Shown here piece by piece: positions 19,044 to 26,758 of a DNA stretch of 32,000 bases. Each line of letters starts with the position of its first letter. The first letter of the stretch is position 1. The notes under the pieces were generated by a model. That model did no database searches, had not been told where the DNA came from, and saw only the letters and a program-made list of their open reading frames with translations. A program made the translations under genes and the position numbers. Source of the DNA: Candidatus Altimarinota bacterium (lineage in GTDB: Bacteria; Patescibacteriota; Gracilibacteria; UBA1369); contig JBAZYK010000012.1 in the NCBI GenBank assembly GCA_041659405.1, positions 24,750-56,749 of the forward strand, given 5' to 3'.

Positions 19044-19129
19044 GGAAAGTTTGAGCAAATTGAGGATTTTTGAATGATGGGTCTCGTGGGCCCCAGCATG
19101 AAAAAATCCGAATAGTGCGAAAACTTTCC
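19044..19129 (+). ncRNA. Putative structured RNA hairpin with three tandem G.A motifs
   Basis: GGAAAGTTT/AAACTTTCC and GGATTTTT/AAAAATCC nested helices separated by GA/GA motifs; see findings. Confidence 0.5.
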
Positions 19130-19161
19130 GAAACGAATTCATTGCCCTTTTCGAAAATATT

Positions 19162-19187
19162 AAAAACCTTTTAGGGAAAAGGTTTTT
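19162..19187. terminator. Intrinsic terminator (tRNA-Phe on minus; could also serve the + strand)
   Basis: AAAAACCTTTT-AGGG-AAAAGGTTTTT perfect inverted repeat. Confidence 0.7.
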
Positions 19188-19191
19188 AACT

Positions 19192-19266
19192 TGGTGCCGA
19201 GGGCCAGAATCGGACTGGCGACGCAAGGATTTTCAATCCTTCGCTCTACCACTGAGCTACCCCGGC
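19192..19266 (-). tRNA. tRNA-Phe (anticodon GAA), encoded CCA
   Basis: Reverse complement GCCGGGG TAGCTCAGTGGTAGAGC G AAGGA TTGAAAA TCCTT GCGTC GCCAG TCCGATT CTGGC CCTCGGC A CCA. Confidence 0.95.
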
Positions 19267-19373
19267 GGGTTTTTTAACCAAAAATTGAACAGCAAAACCT
19301 TACCTGAAAAGTCCGGAAATATCAAAACAATTTGCAAAACGCGCCTATCAACGCTCCCACGCCCTACAATAAA

Positions 19374-20264
19374 TCAATTCGGATCTATCTGATCCGCCTT
19401 CTCAACTTCATATATTTCACCCTTTTTCCAGTTGGTCTGCACCGAACCTTTAACCTTTACTATAAGCGCCCCATAGTGATCACCCTGAATATCAAATTTG
19501 GGAGGTTCCTTTTGTTGTCTTTGGATGATTAGCTTGCTTCCGTGCTTGGATGTCTCATCTTTTTTAGGTAAACCAAACAAAACCAAATAAATTTCAATTC
19601 CGGGTATTTCGGCTTTTAATTGCTCTATTACACGCAATAATTGCCGGCTAAATCTGTCAGTTACCGCAATGGAAGAAGCCTCATCGGTCTGAAGATATGA
19701 AAATAAAAGTGATTTTCCTATCCTTATTTCTCCATCAAGATCCAACAGTTCAGCCAGTCGCTTAAAAAGATCCAGCATCGTTTCATCATTAATTGGCTTT
19801 CTAGGACTTTTTGCTTCAAACACCTCTTCTTTTACCAAAATCAGGTCATGCCAATCCAGATATGGATGATAAATATGATTCACATCCATTGTTGTAGTTC
19901 TTGACTTTAAACTATCAGCACTGAATTTTTGCGTATCTCGTAAAAGTTGTTGTTCCCATCTCATTTCCATGCCATCAATCTGTACGCCATGAACATAGCG
20001 GTAAGCATTTGCAATCCACTCCCTTATTTTTTCCATTTCTTTTACTAAAACCCCTATTTCACCAGGCAGCTGTTGCATTTTTTGTGCTGCTTTCGAGGCT
20101 GCTTCAATCTTAACCTGGTGTGGATTCCCCCTAACGGTCAAAGCATTCTTTCCTTCCATGTCTTCGGGCGAAACTCCGCAAGCTATGTAGTCTGTGACAT
20201 ACATTCTTAGATAATACGGTAATTCTGCAGGATATGTGTTTATATAATCTGGTATTTTTGGCAT
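19374..20264 (-). CDS. Hypothetical protein
   Basis: 296-aa ORF with soluble protein-like composition; family not recognised. Confidence 0.75.
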   Translation of the reverse strand: MPKIPDYINTYPAELPYYLRMYVTDYIACGVSPEDMEGKNALTVRGNPHQVKIEAASKAAQKMQQLPGEIGVLVKEMEKIREWIANAYRYVHGVQIDGMEMRWEQQLLRDTQKFSADSLKSRTTTMDVNHIYHPYLDWHDLILVKEEVFEAKSPRKPINDETMLDLFKRLAELLDLDGEIRIGKSLLFSYLQTDEASSIAVTDRFSRQLLRVIEQLKAEIPGIEIYLVLFGLPKKDETSKHGSKLIIQRQQKEPPKFDIQGDHYGALIVKVKGSVQTNWKKGEIYEVEKADQIDPN

Positions 20265-20310
20265 AAGACAGACAATCTACAACATAAAGCACATTTTCGC
20301 AACATAAAAG

Positions 20311-20339
20311 TTGACATATCACGATTTATTTGGTAATAT
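20311..20339 (+). promoter_or_regulatory. Near-consensus sigma70 promoter for the 20346-20916 ncRNA
   Basis: TTGACA (20311-20316), 17-nt spacer, TAATAT (20334-20339). Confidence 0.75.
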
Positions 20340-20345
20340 TATATG

Positions 20346-20916
20346 ATCCTTGAAAATTAGAAGTTTGAGAGCACCCACACAGGATGCCCAAACAAATTAA
20401 GAAGATAGGGAGAAAGTTGTTAGAGATCACTTGTATGATGCTGAACACTATAGACAGCTCGCAGTTCCTGCGATTACATACTGATGGTCTCTGGCAGCTT
20501 TCTCCCTAAGCTTCTCAACGTAGAAGCCTCGCTTTAGAGTCCCCCAGGTTCTAATCGCGCCAGTTTTTTCGTTTGGTGGGTGAAAAAAGCCAAACTTGAA
20601 GGAAATTGGAGGTAAGCTTCATTGGTCGACTTTCTCGTTTTCTTGGAAAACTTCGGTTTTTCAAAAATGTGAGTTGTCGGTAAATGAAAGAGATACTGTT
20701 TGTTCCAGCAATGGAATAAATAAGTGACTATCAAGGAAATCTTATCATTTCCAAGATGCTTATACTGCTAATATTTTGAAAGTTTAGGGAGTTCATTGAA
20801 AATTTACCGCCCGCAGCGTATAGCGGTTTGAAACCAGGGAGAGAGCTGCCTTCTGATTGGGCTTTGGTCACTTATTTGACCCCCAATCTCATAAGACAGC
20901 TCCCTCTTTAGTTTTT
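20346..20916 (+). ncRNA. Candidate large structured non-coding RNA of unknown class
   Basis: No supported ORF on +, strong upstream promoter, many RNA-type hairpins, long-range complementarity, terminator-like 3' end; see findings. Confidence 0.7.
20837..20916 (+). terminator. Long 3' hairpin followed by GTTTTTG, candidate terminator of the ncRNA
   Basis: AGCTG/CAGCT, GATTGGG/CCCAATC and GGTCA/TGACC stacked helices, then CTCCCTCTTTAGTTTTTG. Confidence 0.55.
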
Positions 20917-21561
20917 GTCGATCATGCGATATACCTCCGCCGGTTTGCCGCGGCCTTTTTTGGTTTTTAAAACCGGTGTTAAAAGTTTTTGCTCTTGGAT
21001 AAGCCGTAAAAGGTTTCTTTTATCCAGTTTTTTTCCAAGTGCAATTGTGAAAATTTTATGGAGTTCCGCCAGCGTAAATTCACCCGGTAAAAGTGGCTTA
21101 AACCAATGATAATCGGTTTCTTTTTGCTGCATAGATTTCAAAGCAGCTTTTAGCACTTCCGCATGATCAAAAGCCAAATCGGGCAAATCATTCATTGCAA
21201 ACCACTGCGCAATTTTGGCATCATCCGCGCCTTTTGGCTCAACATTTTCCGCTCTAACCAACCCGCAAAATTCAATTGAAACAACTGTACCTCTTGGATC
21301 CCGTCCCGGTTTATCAAAAACGCCAAACTGCTCAAGCTGAACGCCTTTTAAGCCTGTTTCTTCAGCCAGTTCACGCGCCGCCGATTGTTTGGTCGATTCT
21401 TCCCACTCCATAAAACCGCCAGGCAAAGCCCATTTATCTTTAAACGGATCATTTTTGCGCTCGATCAAAAGTACGTGAAGTTTATCCTCAATAATCGTAA
21501 AAATAACTGAATCTGTAGCGATTGCCGGCTTTTTTGTCCGGCGACTGAAAAAATCAATCAT
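20908..21561 (-). CDS. NUDIX hydrolase with C-terminal winged-helix-like domain (NrtR/ADP-ribose pyrophosphatase-like)
   Basis: Nudix box GGFMEWEESTKQSAARELAEETGL; C-terminal FTLAELHKIFTIALGKKLDKRNLLRLIQEQKLLTPV...GRGKPAEVYR. Confidence 0.92.
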   Translation of the reverse strand: MIDFFSRRTKKPAIATDSVIFTIIEDKLHVLLIERKNDPFKDKWALPGGFMEWEESTKQSAARELAEETGLKGVQLEQFGVFDKPGRDPRGTVVSIEFCGLVRAENVEPKGADDAKIAQWFAMNDLPDLAFDHAEVLKAALKSMQQKETDYHWFKPLLPGEFTLAELHKIFTIALGKKLDKRNLLRLIQEQKLLTPVLKTKKGRGKPAEVYRMIDKN

Positions 21562-21698
21562 TTCAAGTTAAATTAGAAAACATTTTCAAAATATGCAAAG
21601 GGTAAGTCAGAGGGGAATCGGCTTCAGCGCTTCAATAAAACCCATTTTTATGCTAAGATAATATGATTTAAAAATAAATACAAATAACCAACACAAAT

Positions 21699-22634
21699 AT
21701 GCGTTTTCTAGATTACTTCAAAAAGTCTACATATACCGTGAGCGGAGCGGAATCCTCAGATGCTCAGGAATCTCAAACAGAAGAAGAAGTTACCACCGGT
21801 ACCAAAGTAAAAATTGTTCTTGCCTTAATGGTGGTTGGCTTTGCCGGTTATGTCGCTTATTGGGTTCAGGAGCCAAGTGGTTTAAAGGCTGATGTACTCA
21901 ACGGCGGTAGCCAAGTGGTTGCGGTTGATACTCAGACAAGCCAACTTACTCAAGACACTCAGACCCAGAGCCAAGCTGCAACTCAAGCCGCAACTCAAAC
22001 ACAGACTCAAACACAGGTTCAAACCCAGGAAGTTGCCATCAGCAATTTTAGTTTTGATCCACAGACCGTCCAAATTGATAAAGGAGTTACCGTTCTTTGG
22101 ACCAATAAAGACGCTGTTCCTCATACAATTACCGGCGACAGTTTTTCAAGTGGACCTTTAAGTCCGGGTCAATCTTTTAGTTATACTTTTGCCGATGATG
22201 GCACTTTTGCTTATCACTGTTCTTTGCATCCACAAATGACCGGATCAATTATTGTTGGAACAGGTGTTTCAGCTGTCTCACAGCAAAACACACAGGCCAG
22301 TACTCAAGTTGCCCAGTCACAAACTCAGGCACCGGATGCTGCCGCTATGCAGGCCGCCGCTTCAGAACAAGCTGCCAAAGACGCGCTAGCTCAAGCCACA
22401 GCCGCTGCCGCTCTGGCCGCTGCCCAAAATCCGGAAAGTTTTTATGCAAGCGCACAAGCTCCGGGCGCAAATAATCTTCATAATGCCGCCGTCCAGCCAT
22501 TAAGCAGTTCGGTTAAAAGTTTAGTGAAGTCAACCAAGTTGGCTAACTCCGGCCCGGAAGACTACATTTATCTTGCACTTGGCGTTCTTGTCCTCTTCTT
22601 GAATCGCAAAAAATTGGCAAAAATGGGTAGATAA
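21699..22634 (+). CDS. Membrane-anchored cupredoxin-domain protein with long TQ-repeat linkers
   Basis: VAISNFSFDPQTVQIDKGVTVLWTNKDAVPHTIT...YHCSLHPQMTG (His-Cys-His-Met type 1 copper ligands); N- and C-terminal TM segments. Confidence 0.92.
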   Translation: MRFLDYFKKSTYTVSGAESSDAQESQTEEEVTTGTKVKIVLALMVVGFAGYVAYWVQEPSGLKADVLNGGSQVVAVDTQTSQLTQDTQTQSQAATQAATQTQTQTQVQTQEVAISNFSFDPQTVQIDKGVTVLWTNKDAVPHTITGDSFSSGPLSPGQSFSYTFADDGTFAYHCSLHPQMTGSIIVGTGVSAVSQQNTQASTQVAQSQTQAPDAAAMQAAASEQAAKDALAQATAAAALAAAQNPESFYASAQAPGANNLHNAAVQPLSSSVKSLVKSTKLANSGPEDYIYLALGVLVLFLNRKKLAKMGR

Positions 22635-22714
22635 GCGTATTTTCGCTTGTTCTAGAGCTACAAGAAAGGTAAACTTGCGCTGGGAAACTAGCCAAGAACT
22701 TTTTTGAATACTTT

Positions 22715-23557
22715 ATGAACTTTGTCAGTAAATGGATTGCTGATTTCATCTTTTCGGTCGGACACCAGGCTCAGGCATTTTGGGAAAATTTGACCCTGCT
22801 GAACTATTCTTTCACGCAGGTGACGATTGATATCATCCTGGTTTCCATACTTTTCTATTACCTTTTTCTGCTTCTAAAAGGCAGCCGCGCGGTTAATATT
22901 TTGCTTGGTCTTATAATCATTGTTTTGATTTTTATTTTGAGCAAAGCCCTGCAGCTGGTTACACTTGGCTGGATTTTGGATCGATTTTTTACGGTTGTGC
23001 TGGTTGCGATTCCGGTAATTTTTCAGCAGGAACTTAGAATGGCGTTGGAAAAGCTCGGCCACACCAAGTTTTCTTATAGTCAAAAGACCAAAGAAATTAA
23101 TTTAATTGTCAGCAACATTGTGGAGGCTTGCGATCAAATGGCCAAAGAAAAAGTTGGAGCTTTGCTTGTTTTTGAAAATACGATTCCCTTAAAAGAATAT
23201 GTTGAAACCGGCGTTCCGATGCAGTCAAAAATTTCCAAACCATTGATTTTGAGCATCTTTCAGACAAAATCGCCGTTGCATGATGGCGCGATTATAATCA
23301 AGGACGAGCAAATTATGGCAGCGGCCTGCCTGCTTCCTCATACTTACAAAAATTATGGACAGATTTTGGGAACACGCCACAAAGCCGCGCTTGGCCTTTC
23401 CGAAACCACCGACGCTAAAATTGTGGTTGTCTCGGAAGAAAAAGGCACAATTTCTTACGTTCAAAATGGCGAACTGGAGCGCAACATAACTTCCGCACAT
23501 CTTCAAAACATTCTCACCGAATTACTTAAACCTAAAACTAAAAAGAAGAAAATATGA
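22715..23557 (+). CDS. cdaA: Diadenylate cyclase, CdaA type
   Basis: Three N-terminal TM helices, then LLVFENTIPLKEYVETGVPMQSKIS...PLHDGAIIIKDEQIMAAACLLP...LGTRHKAALGLSETTDA. Confidence 0.95.
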   Translation: MNFVSKWIADFIFSVGHQAQAFWENLTLLNYSFTQVTIDIILVSILFYYLFLLLKGSRAVNILLGLIIIVLIFILSKALQLVTLGWILDRFFTVVLVAIPVIFQQELRMALEKLGHTKFSYSQKTKEINLIVSNIVEACDQMAKEKVGALLVFENTIPLKEYVETGVPMQSKISKPLILSIFQTKSPLHDGAIIIKDEQIMAAACLLPHTYKNYGQILGTRHKAALGLSETTDAKIVVVSEEKGTISYVQNGELERNITSAHLQNILTELLKPKTKKKKI

Positions 23558-24534
23558 AATTTTTCAACTACAATTTGCAACTAAAAATTCTTTCGGTTGT
23601 GGCGGCAACGGCACTCTGGTTTTTTGTGGTTGGAATAGAGAACACCGCGTATCGCTTTCCCCAGGATATTGATGTACATGCCATTAATTTGGATTCCAAT
23701 TTGAGCATTGCTTCCGATCTTGGCAAAGCCAAAGTTTTGGTTAATGCTCCAGCTGATGTTTTTAAAAATCTGGTAGTTGGTGATTTTAATGTTTCTGTGG
23801 ATTTAAAAAATGCCGTAGCGGGGGAATACGATTTGCCGCTTTCCGCAATCATCAAAAACGATAAAGTTTCGTTGATCAGAATCGAACCGGCCACAATCCA
23901 CATAAAACTGGAACCAATCACCAGCAAAGAAGTAAAAATTAAAGTGTTTACCACAGGCAACGCGCAGAAGGGTTACACGGTTAAAGACATGAAGTTAAGC
24001 GCTCAAACCGCGGTAATCACCGGCGCGCAAAGTTTGATTTCCAAAATAACCACTTTAAATGCCGAAGTTACGCTTGATGGCACGCAAAGTACCAATTTCA
24101 AAACCAATCTTAATTTAAAAATTGATCCATCCGGTGTTTCCGATGCTTCCAAGCTGGAAAATATTACTATCAAGCCCGACCAGGTTAGTGTTGATGTGAC
24201 CGTTACTGCGGATCAACAGCAAAAAACTGTTATTGTTAAGCCAAATCTTCAGGGCGCGCTGGAAGTTGGAAACCTCAATCAGAAAATTGAAATTAGCCCT
24301 TTAACTATTGTAGTTCAGGGCGAAGAAGCGACTCTAAATAATTTAAATTACATTGAAACCGAACAGGTCAGTATTGATCTATTAAAGAATCAAAAACCTT
24401 TAAGAGTTAATCTGATTATTCCTAAAAATATTACTTTGGTGGATCAGTCACAAAGCAGCGTAACAATCACGTTAAAGGGTGGTGCAACTCAGCAACTTTT
24501 GCCGGCGGCGCCAACCCAGCCTACCGGCCAATAA
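23554..24534 (+). CDS. YbbR-domain protein (CdaR-like)
   Basis: N-terminal TM, repeated YbbR-like modules (LNSNLSIASDLGKAKVLVNAPADVFKNL...), 4-nt overlap with cdaA. Confidence 0.85.
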   Translation: MKFFNYNLQLKILSVVAATALWFFVVGIENTAYRFPQDIDVHAINLDSNLSIASDLGKAKVLVNAPADVFKNLVVGDFNVSVDLKNAVAGEYDLPLSAIIKNDKVSLIRIEPATIHIKLEPITSKEVKIKVFTTGNAQKGYTVKDMKLSAQTAVITGAQSLISKITTLNAEVTLDGTQSTNFKTNLNLKIDPSGVSDASKLENITIKPDQVSVDVTVTADQQQKTVIVKPNLQGALEVGNLNQKIEISPLTIVVQGEEATLNNLNYIETEQVSIDLLKNQKPLRVNLIIPKNITLVDQSQSSVTITLKGGATQQLLPAAPTQPTGQ

Positions 24535-24578
24535 ATAATCCCGCTTTTATTTTGTAAATCCTTAACTTCTTTTAACTC

Positions 24579-25667
24579 ATGAAAATCGGTATTGTCGGAC
24601 TTCCTAATGTCGGAAAATCAACTTTATTTAACGCCCTCACCAAAACAAAAGGCGCCATGGCGGCCAATTATCCTTTTTGTACAATCGATCCAAATATTGG
24701 AATTGTTTCTGTTCCGGATGAACGCATGCAAAAACTGGCCGAAACTGTTAAGCCGCAAAGAATTTTGCCGGCCATTGTTGAGTTTGTGGATATTGCCGGT
24801 TTGGTAAAAGGCGCCAGTGAAGGCGAAGGCCTTGGAAACCAGTTCTTAAGCCATATTCGCGAGTGTGATGCGATTGCGCAGGTTGTGCGTGTTTTTGCCG
24901 ATCCAAATGTGATCCACGTTCACGAAAATGTTGATCCAAAGCGCGATGTTGAAATTATTGAAACGGAACTTATCATGGCCGATTTACAAACTGTCCAGAA
25001 ACGTCTTGGCAAGGCGCAAAGTGATGCCAAGTCCGGTGATGCCAAAAAAAAGGCTTACGCCGATTTGGTGGCGCGAGTGGAAAGAGGCCTGACCGAAGGC
25101 AAAAAGGTGATTGATACCGATTGGAATCCGGAAGAAAAACTGGCTTTGCATGATCTGCATTTGCTTACAGCTAAGCCACTTTTGTATGTTGCCAATATTG
25201 ATGAAAAAGAAGCGGGAAAAATTAATGTTGAAGAACTTAAACCAAAATTAGGGCTGACAGCTCAACAAAAACTGATTCCAATTTCCGCAAAAATCGAAGA
25301 AGAAATCGGCACACTCACAGAAGAAGAAGGAAAAATGTTTTTGGAAGAAATGGGATTAAAAGAAACCGGTTTAAATGCCTTAATTAAGGCCGCCTACGAA
25401 ACATTGGGCTTGCAGACATATTTCACCGCTGGCGTGCAGGAAGTCCGCGCCTGGACCATTCACAAAGGCGACAAAGGCCCACAGGCAGCCGGCGTGATCC
25501 ACACCGATTTTGAAAAAGGCTTTATCTGCGCCGAAGTAATCTGGTGGGAAGACTTTGTAAATTGCGGCGGAGAAGTGGTCGCCAAAGAAAAAGGCAAAAT
25601 GCGCCTGGAAGGCAAAGAATACATAGTAAAAGACGGCGACGTAATGCACTTTAAATTTAATGTGTAA
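24579..25667 (+). CDS. ychF: Redox-regulated ATPase / OBG-family GTPase YchF
   Basis: MKIGIVGLPNVGKSTLFNALTKTKGAMAANYPFCTIDPNIGIV...GDVMHFKFNV. Confidence 0.98.
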   Translation: MKIGIVGLPNVGKSTLFNALTKTKGAMAANYPFCTIDPNIGIVSVPDERMQKLAETVKPQRILPAIVEFVDIAGLVKGASEGEGLGNQFLSHIRECDAIAQVVRVFADPNVIHVHENVDPKRDVEIIETELIMADLQTVQKRLGKAQSDAKSGDAKKKAYADLVARVERGLTEGKKVIDTDWNPEEKLALHDLHLLTAKPLLYVANIDEKEAGKINVEELKPKLGLTAQQKLIPISAKIEEEIGTLTEEEGKMFLEEMGLKETGLNALIKAAYETLGLQTYFTAGVQEVRAWTIHKGDKGPQAAGVIHTDFEKGFICAEVIWWEDFVNCGGEVVAKEKGKMRLEGKEYIVKDGDVMHFKFNV

Positions 25668-25678
25668 TTTGAATATCA

Positions 25679-25966
25679 ATGCACAACAAAACAATTTCGT
25701 TATTCCTTTCATTTTTGGTTCCAATCTTAATTTTTAATTTTGAGATCTATCTTTATGGACTTCTTTCGGTCCAAAATAATCTTGGAATTGTAAACCCAGT
25801 GTTATCTCCGATTTTAATAATCATTCCAATTGCTGTAGGTTTTAAAATTCTAGATTACGCCTTCAAATTCAAAGAGCATGCCATGATCATTGCCATAATT
25901 TATAGCTTGCCCATGCTTATATTTTTGTTTCTGTTTGCAATGTTGTCATCAGGAAACTTAATTTAA
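25679..25966 (+). CDS. Small hypothetical membrane protein
   Basis: 95-aa ORF, three hydrophobic segments, immediately after ychF. Confidence 0.6.
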   Translation: MHNKTISLFLSFLVPILIFNFEIYLYGLLSVQNNLGIVNPVLSPILIIIPIAVGFKILDYAFKFKEHAMIIAIIYSLPMLIFLFLFAMLSSGNLI

Positions 25967-25975
25967 AAATTCTTC

Positions 25976-26740
25976 ATGGAAATCATCCCCGCAATTTACA
26001 TTCTTAACGGCCACTGCGTTTCTTTATACAAAGGCAGTTACCAGCAAAAGGAGACTTACTTCAAAAGTCCGCTGGAATATGCCCGCCATTTTGAAAGGGA
26101 AGGCGCGCAAAAACTTTACGTCATTGATTTGGACGGACGGCTTAAGGGCGATTTTCCTCAAATGAATTTGGTTGAGCGCATGATCAAAAGTGTCAAAATT
26201 CCGGTTCAGGTTGAGGCCGATTTTACCAGTATTGCAGCCATAGAAAAGGCTTTTGCAATTGGTGCGTCCAAGGTGGTTTTGCGTCCTTCCGCCAAGCAGA
26301 TTATTCGTGAAGCCATTGAAAAATTTGGTCCCGAAAAAGTTATTGTGGAAATGAATGCAAAAGGCAGCGAAGTGGTTCAGCCAATAGTTACCAAAACCAT
26401 CAATGGAAAATTGGAGATTGAGCCGGATTTAAGCCAAAATCATGAGGTGGTCGATTTTGCCGAAATGCTGGTTACTTTGGGCGTGAAAGAAATTATTTAC
26501 AAAGACGAACGCAGCGAAGGAACCCTGATTCACCCAAATTACGACGACGTAGACCGGATTTTTGCGACAATCGGAGCAATCGAAGGCCAATTCGGAATCA
26601 AAATTTACGTCTCCGGCGGAATCGGCCAAATAAAACATTTACAAACACTAAAAAAAATCGGCATCGCCGGCGCAATAATCAACAAAGCCTTCTTCGAAAG
26701 CATGATTACAATAAAAGAAGCAGAAAAGGCGGTGGGGTAG
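25976..26740 (+). CDS. HisA-like (beta/alpha)8 barrel protein with altered active site
   Basis: MEIIPAIYILNGHCVSLYKGSY...LYVIDLDGRLKGDFPQMNLV...IYVSGGIGQIKHLQTLKKIGIAGAIINKAFFE matches the HisA scaffold; catalytic positions differ. Confidence 0.88.
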   Translation: MEIIPAIYILNGHCVSLYKGSYQQKETYFKSPLEYARHFEREGAQKLYVIDLDGRLKGDFPQMNLVERMIKSVKIPVQVEADFTSIAAIEKAFAIGASKVVLRPSAKQIIREAIEKFGPEKVIVEMNAKGSEVVQPIVTKTINGKLEIEPDLSQNHEVVDFAEMLVTLGVKEIIYKDERSEGTLIHPNYDDVDRIFATIGAIEGQFGIKIYVSGGIGQIKHLQTLKKIGIAGAIINKAFFESMITIKEAEKAVG

Positions 26741-26758
26741 GGGGGGGGAAGACATTAG

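Noticed and set aside
19023-19226. 67-aa minus-strand ORF overlapping the tRNA-Phe and the 19044 hairpin.
   Set aside because: Covers a tRNA, a terminator and a structured inverted repeat; not credible as coding.
20515-20560. GAAGCCTCGCTTTAGAGTCCCCCAGGTTCTA looks superficially like the 3' end of a TnpB omega-RNA (GAAxC...CTTTAG...GGTTC).
   Set aside because: No TnpB/IscB gene or remnant is in the window. The segment sits in the middle of a longer promoter-to-terminator transcript, and the similarity is short. Still worth a covariance-model search.
20534-20734. 66-aa minus-strand ORF inside the ncRNA region.
   Set aside because: Overlaps the structured segment, low-complexity basic/aromatic composition, no start-context support; looks like a chance ORF.
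20346-20916. tmRNA, RNase P RNA, SRP RNA or 6S RNA as identity of the large ncRNA.
   Set aside because: None of the diagnostic sequences (tRNA-like TTCGA arm with CCA end, GAGGAAAGTCCGG, ACAGAA..GGCTTA, GGAAGGAAGCAG) was found.
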